This document shows positions 28,723-40,023 of a stretch of 64,000 nucleotides of DNA, piece after piece. The stretch is from Owenia fusiformis. Its lineage: Eukaryota. The position numbers and the translations under genes are program-made. The DNA lies in NCBI GenBank assembly GCA_903813345.2, contig CAIIXF020000001.1, forward strand, positions 13,206,001-13,270,000. The letters run 5' to 3'. Under the pieces are notes generated by a model. The model searched no databases and had not been told where the DNA came from. It saw nothing but the letters and a program-made list of their open reading frames with translations. Position 1 is the stretch's first letter. Each line of letters begins with the position of its first letter.

Positions 28723-29589
28723 TTAGATGATGGTATGCATACATGTGTGCTAAAACATAAAACTATTAACAAAAAAAACAAAAAGCTTATATGTGAATTA
28801 ATCTTACTTCTCTTGATGCCAAGGGATAGAATAGATCTCCTCTTTCTCTTCCTGAAAGGGAAAGTCAAGCTATATATTTTCTAAACAGACCTAGACTACC
28901 GCAGCGTTTCCGTTTCACTGTGTTAACTCGATCGCAGCGTTTCTTGAATATGAGAATGTCATCATTTTTAAGACTGTATATTCTGTCATCAAATCACTAT
29001 TACGTATGGTGTGCTGAAGCTTTGGAATTTAACCAAAATAATAATGAAACGCTCCGTTGTGCATGTAAGAGCGTTTGGGTTGGACACCGTGCATTATAGC
29101 CCTGATATTGCTCTGACCATGATATAATATATATTATTACATAATTATATGTGTCTGATTTAACAGACCCTCTCAGCTATACTGACACAGTATAGTATCT
29201 CTTTAGAGAGAATATTAGCTGTGGATACCACTATGCATAATTAGTAATTACGATATATCATTGTTTATAAGTCAGTTATACCCATCAGAAAATGGAGATG
29301 TCTTCAAACGTATCACAACACTTTAGGTGAGATAAGAAAGAATGAAAATAATACCAAAAAGCGGAACAATTATTTTCACAACTGTTGATGGTGTGTTTCA
29401 CTGTTGGATGACTTAATTAATAGTTAAACCATATTTATGTGAGGTACTTAATTTCCGCAATAGCGACAACTTGTTAGTTTGTTCCACCTGCACAGACTGG
29501 AAGTAGATACAGAGGACGACATGGAAGCTTGAACGCTCATGAACACCCCCGAGTGACACAATGGGGAGTTTAACTATTCTTAAAATATA

Positions 29590-29744
29590 CACTACCCTCC
29601 ATAAGTTTGGCAACCGAAAGTCTTTATTTGATAGCGATTTAATACACAGGGCCTATTTGAATTTCTATTTCGTTTCTATAATACAATAGTTGAGAAACTT
29701 ATGACTGACACATTTTCAGGTTGCCAAACTAATGAAGGGGAGTG
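29590..29744. mobile_element. Tc1/mariner MITE upstream of peptide gene copy 2 (counterpart of 18677-18891)
   Basis: TA-CACTACCCTCCATAAGTTTGGCAACC ... GGTTGCCAAACTAATGAAGGGGAGTG-TA, at the same position relative to the TATA box as in copy 1. Confidence 0.7.
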
Positions 29745-29909
29745 TATACACATACATGTTTACGCCTTTTTCAGTCTGTACTGATGACCCCGGGGATAAT
29801 TCAATGCACATGGAGATTTGGAGGACAAAGAACAATTATTTTTATTTTAACTTGAACACGTGATGTTCAAATCATGAATTACATAAAGCGACATTGAGGT
29901 AGATTTCAA

Positions 29910-29915
29910 TATAAA
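29910..29915 (+). promoter_or_regulatory. TATA box of peptide gene copy 2
   Basis: TATAAA 80 bp upstream of ATG 29990, in a context shared with copy 1. Confidence 0.6.
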
Positions 29916-29989
29916 TTAGTTTTTAACCGCTACTCAATGCAGATTACATCAGGAAGATGGAGAAATACGGACCGATTTCATATGCTTTT

Positions 29990-32900
29990 ATGAAATCTGG
30001 ATATCAAAGGAAAAGTAAGTGATCGTAATATTGAAATAAAAAGTTGAAAAATTGTTTTTTCCAATAAAAATATTTCTCAGTTTCACATTTACTTCGATTG
30101 TTTTTCTGACTATTAGGGATTACTTAAATTGATCAAATGGTTTAGTTTGTTGTTTATCAATGTTCTGTACACGGGGTTAGTACTACTTCGTAGTAGCTTA
30201 TCTTCCTTACAATAAATATAAATACAAAGCATTTTAACCCATGTAAAGTTAGTAAAACCCACTAAAAGTAGTGGCGTAGGAAGGTGTAAATTCAACACAA
30301 CGCCAAAAATATGAAAAATGTGTCAAATCTTTTCTTCTATTTTATGCTCGAAAAACGTCATTATCTAATGTGCTTGAAAAGTTAGAATGGTTTTCATCAT
30401 ATAAAATCACCACAGAAAGTCGATATTTTAATTCTCGACCCTCATTCTCACTTTTCGAATGAAAATGTTTATTTTTTCGAACGCTATAGACGACCAATTA
30501 CCAGATATAAACAATAAGAGATTTTTAATCAATTTTGAATACTATTGAGTAATTGGACTTAGATACATTGTATTGCCTGATTCCATCGTGCACCGTGCGA
30601 TACGACAATCCAGATTAAAGAAACTAGTATGATCAATTGATTTAAAGAAACATATCTGTGATCAATGATGCAATTAACCCTAATACTGTCTGCAACTATT
30701 TTATAACTAATTCGCAATACCAAATATACCTCAACAAAGGTCAAATCGAGGTTAACGTGACAATTTTGACATTTTGTGATAAATTGTTAATTACATTTCA
30801 AAATATTTTTTGTGCCACAAATGATATATTTCCTAAGATAATAATCTACTTTCTTTAAAATGAAATAAAAATCCAGATAATAGCTTTTCTAGAACTGAAG
30901 TACTTTCAAAGATAGCAGGTATCGCGAAAACTGATTGAAATCAGGGGAGTATGTGAATAATCAACAATTTCAACTTCAACTTGTTTTTGTTTTTAACATT
31001 CATATTTCAAGAAGTACTACAAATTAATAACAATTAGTGATTTAGTAAGAAAATATATAAAAGCTGACTAATCATTATTCCAATATAATTTTGATCATGA
31101 TTTTGCTTAGCAAACGATTTCTATTACCTCGCTCCTTTCTAGAACGATATTGCTAGTTCAAAAACAAAAAAGGTATGATGAGTATCAGATTGAAGACTGT
31201 TCTTTCAAAGAGTATATGCCAGATTCTAGACTTCATTTTGGCATTACAGTATACAACGCTTTGGGAAAGTAAAGAAATAAAAAACTGTGTAATGTCGTTC
31301 TTTCTTGGCTCACTTTGCACTTATATTAAAGGAACTATCGCAATCATGCAATCATACGTTTACTCTTACAAATCATATTATTAAACACCATGCATGTCTA
31401 TAATTGAATCTAGCAAATCTTGACTTGCAATGGTACGTGTGAAGCTTACGTAAGTGACAGATAACGACGAAGTAGACACAAGTCTATCAGCTTATATCAA
31501 GGGGGAAAGTCTACCCGCGTATATGCAACCTACCGCCGAGTAAGAAACGCATATACCGCCAATCAAATTTTTGGTAAACTACATCTCATAGGAAAATGGA
31601 CAATAAAGGTAATATTGAGCCACTATCAATTCCCTTGGATGGCTAGAATCGTAACTAAGATGTTCTAGCAGGCGGAATTGGCATAGAATTATAGTTGAAA
31701 TATATTTTTATGTCAACATTAAGAGATCAGTAAAACGTATAATGGTTTTTGGTTTGTTTTCTCATTCATATTCGCTTTAATTGATAACGAGACATACATA
31801 AGACATACCTGGGTCGGAAAAATGCATGTCTTATGCATTATATATTAAGTGTCAAACTATTAGGTCAAAATAGCACTTTTGAACAGCAAAAATCTTCACA
31901 TAAACTTTGTCCTAAAAGATCCGATGTTATCGGACATCGGACCCGATGTGATCGATGAGTAATATTATAAAGATCCGAAAATATCTTGAGTAAAGGATCT
32001 CAGAATCCGAACATTACTTGAGTAAAATCTGGTGAGATCCGTTTATGACGTGCTGATGATGAAATAGTGTTAGGGTTACTTTTGGGACATATTGACCCAG
32101 ACCGACACAACAGAAATTAAACACTGGAGGATAAGAATCAATTATTATCCATATTTATGGATAAAAATGAATGTATCAAGTTTTTAATCTCTATTGGTCA
32201 ATCTTTTTTCATTTTAGTAGCCGTTCCACTGATATCTTATTTTATTCAAAATTGAGAGCAAATGAGCATAACGGGTCTTTTAACTGTGCACATTTTAGAC
32301 CAATCAAAATATACAACTTTTTTCATATGTTTACCTTCTTGGTAGATACAAAATAACACGTACCAAAATCATTGGATTATGAGCATAGTCAGATAGAAGT
32401 GATGATATCATTAACAATGAAAATTATGGTGTTTCAAGTGAAAGCATGAGTTCAATGTTTTAGAGAACTTTGCGGGGCACAGACGTTGACGTATAGTCTT
32501 CCGGGAATTAAATCATATTAACAGGAATTTTTGTGATATACTTCATGTTATTATATGATCATCCGAAAGCTTACTCACTCCCTCATCGGGTTTTACTCAT
32601 GGTATAATCGGAGGCGGTAGCATCGGGTCCTATAGAATCGTACTCGTCGTATAATCCTGTCTTTCATTTTCAACGTTCACCGGTGATTTCAATGATATGC
32701 AACGTATTGCAGTGAAACAAATTTGATATATTTGCACTTATTGTATCTTTGAACCAAATGGAGTAATTACAGCCATGGTTCTTACTTATTTAAGGCGTAA
32801 AACATCATTCTATTATTTAGAATTTAGCGATTTGATAGTAAATATTGCATAAAGTACTCATTATTCTGCAAACATAAGTGCCTTGAACAACAACTATATC

Positions 32901-35900
32901 TGTTACAAACAATTCTGTGTTTTATCTATTTCTTATATTGAGAAATTCAATATATAAACAGGAGTTTATTAACTTATCCCCTACATTTTCAGACATCTTC
33001 GGATCTTTGCTCGGCGGTACTAGGTTGTATATACGCGGGTAGACTTTCCCCAAGTCTATATGAGGAACCAATGCAAAAGATCGACGTTGGGGATAATTTA
33101 CTACATTCATTCGTACTTAAAGGGCGGCATTATTGTCCCAAGTTAAAATTCCAACATCGAGTATCAAATCCCTGGGATTGAACTTTTGTTTTTTAGTTAA
33201 AAACGCATTTGGGATTTCATTGTAAAAAAAGTACGCCTTAAAATAGAGTAATATGAAGTTGATCATAGTCCAGAGGGATAACAACTGGGCTATCACATTG
33301 ACAGATAAAATGAATCTTTTTTAAATATATAAATTTCAGAAAAAGTCTCATATTTCTCCTTCTAGCGTGCTTAATGTACTTCACGCCTCTCCATCTAACT
33401 GTGCGCAGGTGTTGTCCTTGGAAGCAGAGTCTGTCAATTTGCAGCATTGTGCGAGACGGTTATATAATTCTCATTGCAGCTGGTGTTGATATGCTTTGTT
33501 GTAGTATTCTAATAGTAAGGTTTTATTTGAACAAATGAGGTGGATCGTTCTCGCCAAAGAGGCATTTTATTACCTTGGAACAAAGTCCGCAACTCCTATA
33601 CTATTGTCTGATAGTTCTGCGCCAGGACACAGAGACATAAAAACAATTGTTGCTTTGTGCGATATAAGCCAATGTGGTTTAAACTTTACTTGGAGATTCT
33701 TGTCAATTTGTATTGATGAATATCAAAACTAAAAGACTGCCGATTTATATTTTCCAACAAATTATATCGCGGCTTCTGGCTGCGTCGTGAGCTGCTCTCA
33801 TACTTTGCTAAAATGCTTTTAAAAATGAAACGTTACTCATATATTTAAAATATATTATGGGGTATAACATTGTGAACTAGATTTAACATCTCCGTTGTAC
33901 AGTCAACCATAGATATAGATCATACCTAGTGGTACAGCCTCCAATTTTGATCATAAGTCAAGATACTTTATGAATGCAAAGGGTACGATTATTAGCTGAG
34001 GCCCAGGAATACGCTAAAAATGTTTTAAAAATGTACGCTAAGTCCCCTAGTGTCCTGAATAGGTAATGCGTGGTGTATGTGTATGTATTTATCCCATACT
34101 TGGACGTGTTACAGGTACATAAAGCCGGTTTGTAAAAACTTATATTTTCATCAGCGGGCAGATATAGCTTTACGTCCCGCTCCGAGCGGGCAGATATAGT
34201 ATATCTACTCGCTACGTCATAATCGCCGCTCGCATATTTGTTCATAATTTGTAACGTTCGCATAATGACTGTAAACTACAATGCATGGAGAAAACACAGA
34301 CAATCGGGATCTGTTTGATGGTTTAAAAAGGGAAAGAGCATCCACTTAATCAATCAAAAATTCGAGAAAATAAATGTGGGAATATTTGAGAGAACAGGAA
34401 AATCCGCCCACGGCCAAGAAAACAAAACTGGACATGAAAATTCTAATATTTCCACGATTGAGCAATGTGAACCAGATGACCAAGATTGGTATGGGATAAA
34501 CATATTATCCTATAGTCGGTTCAGGATATTGGGATTATCCCTTGGCCAATATAATATATTTTCCCTCGGGACCTGCGGCCCTCGGGCAGATATATTATAT
34601 TTGCCTCGGGATAATCCCAATATCCTGAACCTCATATAGGATAATCTCTATTTATCCTATGCCAAGTAGAGTTTCAGGGATATAAGTTGGTAAGATATAT
34701 CCCGTATCCTGATTTTGAGGTTTCCATATCCAGAACCTCCATATCTCCCGCCATATCTCCCGCTTCGGTGCATATCTTCCCGCTTCCGGTGCATATCTTC
34801 CCGCTTCCGGTGCATATCTTCCCGCTTCCGGTAATGCAATAAAATGACTTTGCATATGAATTATTTGTTTATTTTTACACCTTGTACTATTGAAATGGCC
34901 ATATGCCCCTGAAAACTCTACTTGGTATAGGATAAAGCAGTTATGTACGGTCGGTTTGGATATTGGGTTCATCCCTCGTGAGATATGCACATCTACCTTC
35001 GGTCCCTACGGTCCCTCAGGTAGATATGCATATCTCCCTCTGGATAAACCCCATATCCAAAACCTCCAAGTACATAACCCTTATATATCTTTTACAATAT
35101 AACTTACATGTATAAGAATACGGCTGTTTTTTAATTACTGACTGTATTGCCGGGCCTCACATTATTAGTAATGCTCCTGCCCATTTGTTTAGCAAATTAA
35201 AAAAAATATCCAAGTGTAGTGTCGAGATGGTACAAATCGATTTTCCTTAGATTTTGACCTTGACTTTTGACCTCAACATTTTGACTGAGGTTTTTAGTCC
35301 TACATATAATCGTGTTAACCTATTTTGCACTCAATTAACCAAACAATATTTTGATTTCATATTCCTTATCCCGAGAAAATTTCCTTTTACTTTCATACCT
35401 CATTATCGTTTAAATTGAAGAGCTCTTATTCTAACCTCCTTTCCGGACACTATACCTCAAAACTGGGCCAATATACTTTCTTAAGTTGCAAAGGGCTAAT
35501 TGAAGTTAGACTACTCTTTCCTACTTGAATACCAAATTCAAAAATGCTTTTAAATTGATAGATTTGAACTTGATATCGAGTGACATTTGACTTTCAAAAA
35601 CTGGAAGTCTAATTTAAATTCAAGATTCGTTATCCTGAGAAAACTTGCAGAAGGTTTTTGTTGACCTACTTTCGAGACACCTATTTCAAAGAAAACTACT
35701 TTCGTGTAGTGTCATGATCGCTAAAATAGAAAACATTTGGATTGGACCTAGATTTTGACTTTTATATGCCATTGTTCAAGTTTTAAATTAATTAACTTTT
35801 TAGGCAAATTCCAACAGGTAAACTAGATGTCAGATTTTATTTCAGATTCGGAATCCTAAGTTGATAAACTGCATTCACGTTATGGTGGAATTTCATAAAT

Positions 35901-37682
35901 AGATCTAGAAACACTTAATTTCAATATATTTCAATTTGTCTGGAAAGGATTTTATTTCCGCCACATTGGTATTGCAACGATTTATTTCAGTTCATATTTC
36001 AAAAGTATAATCAACTGACTTTGCATTTGCGTAGTTATATCGATATAAATAAAAATGGCAATTAAAATAACGTCACATCGACTACGATTCTAATTATAAA
36101 ATACGAAAGGAAATAACAGGTCATTTGTGGGTGTGGCAATTTTGCTCGAAATGTGGACAGTTGGAATCTGAATTAAAAATGTTGGAAGGAATCTTATAAA
36201 AACGTGCCAATGCCTCCCCTACGATCCTATTTTACTTTATTTTACGAAAAAAATAATGAGATACCTGGTCAAATGCAGAAGTTATATTGAAGATTTAAGA
36301 TACAAGAATGTCAAAATTGCTGGATACATCATGAAAATCAAAGGAATATCCTGAAATAAAGTCAGAATTTTGGGATTTCTTTTAAAAATAGGCACGAAGG
36401 ATGAACGTATAAAAATCGTAAAATACATTTTTCTTAAAGCGGCAACAAGGCCTGTAGGGAGAATTTTGTTCACTGTTTCTGAGCCATCAGGGCAAAGTTT
36501 GGCTTTTCAGCATTTAGTAAATTAAGTTTCCATAAGAGGAAACCCACTTATAGATTTTTAGATATACTACATTTCAAAATTTTAAGAGCAGGAATTTCAG
36601 CTGAAGTAACGTTCATTCACGGGGTTTCTTTATAGGTAATGAAAAAATGTTAGCCTCGATGAACTATCCCAACTTTATATTTTGACACAGGTTCCATGAT
36701 CATTGGGTACGTCTCTGTATTCTCAAAATTCATTTCGTTCATTGCGTACCTTCACTACCTGGTAAGTACAGAAGGCACGGATTGCACTGAACGAAGGCTA
36801 GGAGACTGACGTCTCTGCACTATTTGTTCAACCTTTAAAGGTGCAATAATTAGTGCAGGGGGGCATTCAATGATCATCAACCAATGTCAAAATATATTTA
36901 AGTTTGGATATTTCATCACGACTAACATATATTTTTATCATCTACAAAGAAACCCCCTGGATGAACATTATTTCAGCTGATATTCTTCTTGAAACGCGGT
37001 GAATCTTAAAAATCTGTAAGTGGGACTCCATTTAAAGAATTTGAATTTTCTCTCTACAGTCCTTGTTGCCCTCTTACTAAAGTCGTCCCCTTCTTCTCAT
37101 TTCAAAGAAGCGGAAATACTGTGAGAAATGGAAGACTAGGATGTGATATGTTGCTATGATATAAATTGTATAATTATTTATTTTCCAGAGGTGGCAGTTT
37201 GGATGATAAGCATCATGCTCTTCGTAAATGGAGTATCGAGCTCCAAGGATCAACAAGCGTTATTTGAGCGTTACCAGAATGGTGGGGACTTTGGCGAAAA
37301 CTCCTTAAATCAGCAACACAATATACGGTCCGCATTGAATCAGCAACACAATATACGGTCCACATTGAATCAGCAACACAATATACGGTCCACATTTTAC
37401 TTATCTATTAGACACAGTAACAGAAATGACGACAACTTGGATTCAATACTCCAGCCTCTAGAACTGATCAAAAGAGCAGACAAAACAATAGGGGGAATTA
37501 TAGGAATCACAAGCAAGCGAGATACACTATCTAATGATGATATGTGTCATCTTGTTTGTTCTTATTGCGCTGAGCAACTTGGCAGACGCTGGGCAGCTCT
37601 CTGCATCTTTGAATGTGAAAGTGGCAACGGCGGAAACTCATATGATAATTGTTTTTCCTTATGGCAAGTGACGATCAATTAA
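29990..37682 (+). CDS. Secreted Cys-rich prepropeptide, copy 2, 172 aa
   Basis: Exon 1 29990-30014 (the same 25 coding nt as copy 1, followed by gtaagt) plus exon 2 37189-37682. Signal peptide, three 10-aa LNQQHNIRS(A/T) repeats, two KR sites, C-x3-C-x2-C-x11-C-x3-C-x11-C. Confidence 0.88.
34088..34653. mobile_element. Short-IR plus terminal hairpin element (Crypton-like)
   Basis: TTTATCCCATAC ... GTATGGGATAAA inverted repeats, then a ~150-bp hairpin centred on CCCTCGGGACCTGCGGCCCTCGGG. Confidence 0.6.
34651..35092. mobile_element. Short-IR plus terminal hairpin element (Crypton-like) with internal 21-bp repeats
   Basis: TTTATCCTATGCCAAGTAGAGTTTCAGGG ... CCCTGAAAACTCTACTTGGTATAGGATAAA, internal GCATATCTTCCCGCTTCCGGT repeats, then a hairpin GTTATGTAC...GTACATAAC. 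Related to 49538-50102. Confidence 0.6.
36585..36992. mobile_element. MITE with ~120-bp imperfect TIRs
   Basis: ...TTTCAGCTGAAGTAACGTTCATTCACGGGGTTTCTTT... mirrored by ...AAAGAAACCCCCTGGATGAACATTATTTCAGCTGA... Confidence 0.6.
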
Positions 37683-37970
37683 TTCCAGGATTGAATTTGC
37701 AGTGGTCCAATTTTTATTTTTGATATTGTTTATTCATTGTTGGATGAAGAACTGTACTCCCGGTAAATTTCAACGCTATAAAATTTCTCGATTTTTCAAA
37801 ATTGCAATTTCGCGGGTGTTAAATTTCGCGGCTATTAAATTTCGTTGAGTTGAGTTGATGACATTTCGCGGATTGCACAATTTGAATTTTTCCCCACGCT
37901 CTGTAAACTCCAGTTCTATTCAAGAATAATGCCATGCCTAGTTTTTGGCCTTTTAAAAAAAATATAGAAA

Positions 37971-38131
37971 AGTAGATAGAAAACTGAGGGCATCAGAACG
38001 CCACGGGCCGCCACGGGCCCGGGGCTTTCAAAATCTCTGAAGATGAGCAGGAGATATTGATGAGCAGGAGATAAATTAATTGAATGGGGATTAGGAGATA
38101 AATTAATTGGATGGGGCTTTCATCTTAAATG
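37971..38131 (+). repeat. Left terminal inverted repeat (161 bp)
   Basis: Exact reverse complement of 45978-46138. Contains the doubled motifs CGCCACGGGC, GATGAGCAGGAGATA and GGAGATAAATTAATTG. Confidence 0.95.
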
Positions 38132-38728
38132 TGTAAAAAATGTTAGATAAGATGCGCATGACATCATTGTTATCTTAAATGGGCGAGAAATGTATTTCTT
38201 GGACTGAATGTCTTTAGTAAAGTACAAAATAAATCCCTTTAATATTATTTTAAATTTGGTATAATCCATTAACAGTGTTTACAATTCTACTTTCAATATT
38301 AACCCAACATTGAAAAGAATCAACAATCCTATTGAGTTGGTCAAACAAATACTGTTCGCATAAAAGGAAAGAGAACTGGATTTTGGATTAAATGTAAGTA
38401 CAGATGAAAAGGTTTATTTATTTAAGTCCTATATTGAATGGACCGTTGAAAAGGTTTATTTATTTAAGTTCTATATTGAATTGACCATTTGATCTTACTC
38501 TACTTGATTTCAACAATAATGGTCTTTTAATGTAATAATTGAATGTTGACATTTAACTGTGTCATCACAATGTTAATCCTTCATATTCTAGAACATCTTT
38601 TGTTTAATGTGTTAATCTTTTTTTTCTAGAATAATCTAGAGTATATGACATCATCATTTCATGACTTAAGTTTCTTAAAAAATGCATGACATCATGCCCT
38701 AAAATAGAATTTGACATCATTTTTACCA

Positions 38729-38822
38729 TATAAAAATCTCCAAAAAGTGTGTGGACCATTTATGAACATGGTAGTAAACAACTGGTGATTTAGACATATC
38801 TGTATGCTTGTTTAAGGTAAGT
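38729..38822 (+). promoter_or_regulatory. Putative Pol II promoter and non-coding first exon of the element's left transcription unit
   Basis: TATAAAAA at 38729, Inr-like CCATTT 29 nt downstream, a strong donor AAG|GTAAGT at 38817, and a candidate acceptor TTATCATTAG ending 40013, 10 nt before ATG 40024. Confidence 0.5.
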
Positions 38823-39035
38823 CCTAAATATTCTGTACATGATATTCAATAACACAACATCTAACATGCAGTAGGATCATATATGTTCCAATGTCTTTGA
38901 TTAGTTGTTATATATGAATTGTATTTTATGTAAATAATTTCATTGAAATTGAGGGTAAATAATTTAGTAGAAATTGAGAGAATTTAGCATTGTGACATGG
39001 TCGAATACTTTAATTATCATGTACAAATATTCTTT

Positions 39036-39905
39036 GATGTTCACAAGTATTGTTCACAAATGTTCACTGATGTTCACAAATGTTCACTAGTTTTGTTCAC
39101 AAATGTTCACTAGTATTGTTCACAAATGTTCACTGATGTTCACAAATGTTCACTAGTATTGTTCACAAATGTTCACTAGTATTGTTCATAAATGTTCACA
39201 AATGTTCACTAGTATTGTTCACAAATGTTCACTGATGTTCACAAATGTTCACTAGTATTGTTCACAAATGTTCACTAGTATTGTTCATAAATGTTCACAA
39301 ATGTTCACTAGTAATGTTCACAAATGTTCACTAGTATTGTTCACAAATGTTCACTAGTATTGTTCATAAATGTTCACAAATGTTCACTAGTAATGTTCAC
39401 AAATGTTCACTAGTAATGTTCACAAATGTTCACTAGTATTGTTCACAAATGTTCACTGATGTTCACAAATGTTCACTGATGTTCACTAGTATTGTTCACA
39501 AATGTTCACAAATGTTCACAAATGTTCACTGATGTTCACTAGTATTGTTCACAAATGTTCACTAGTATTGTTCACAAATGTTCACTGATGTTCACAAATG
39601 TTTACTGATGTTCACTAGTATTGTTCACAAATGTTCACAAATGTTCACTAGTATTGTTCACTGATGTTCACAAATGTTCACAAATGTTCACAAATGTTCA
39701 CTGATGTTCACTAGTATTGTTCACAAATGTTCACAAATGTTCACAAATGTTCACTGATGTTCACTAGTATTGTTCACAAATGTTCACTAGTATTGTTCAC
39801 AAATGTTCACTGATGTTCACAAATGTTTACTGATGTTCACTAGTATTGTTCACAAATGTTCACTAGTATTGTTCACAAATGTTCACTGATGTTCACAAAT
39901 GTTCA
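39036..39905. repeat. Compound minisatellite with a TGTTCAC core inside the Polinton-like element
   Basis: ~870 bp of interspersed TGTTCACAAA, TGTTCACTGA and TGTTCACTAGTAT units. Confidence 0.95.
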
Positions 39906-40023
39906 ATAAATATTCACTTATGTATTACATCAACATTCATCTAAATTTATAGCATGGTTTGATTATTTAACAAGGATACCTCAAACATACTATCATTTAA
40001 CTGTTATCATTAGACGAGTCAAC

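Larger units (their letters stand above)
26221..29089. mobile_element. TIR DNA transposon (~47-bp TIRs), second layer of the nest
   Basis: CGGTGTCCAACTCAAACGCTCTTACATGCACGACGGAGCGTTTCATT mirrored by AATGAAACGCTCCGTTGTGCATGTAAGAGCGTTTGGGTTGGACACCG. Flanks are TA/TG, so the superfamily is ambiguous (Tc1-like TA TSD or CAC-type ends). Confidence 0.75.
25915..29125. mobile_element. Hairpin-type (Crypton-like) element, outermost layer of a nested TE stack
   Basis: Hairpin at about 25915-26050, then CATGGTCAAGAGCAATATC (26058) whose inverted partner GATATTGCTCTGACCATG lies at 29104-29121, beyond the nested insertions. Confidence 0.55.

Noticed and set aside
38132-39035. Possible remnant of the missing pPolB gene
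   Set aside because: No ORF of 60 aa or more on either strand and no recognisable polymerase or exonuclease motifs by eye. A tblastn/HMM search is needed to exclude a highly decayed trace.
39036-39905. TGTTCAC array as CRISPR or coding sequence
   Set aside because: Only three short unit variants, no unique spacers and no ORF.
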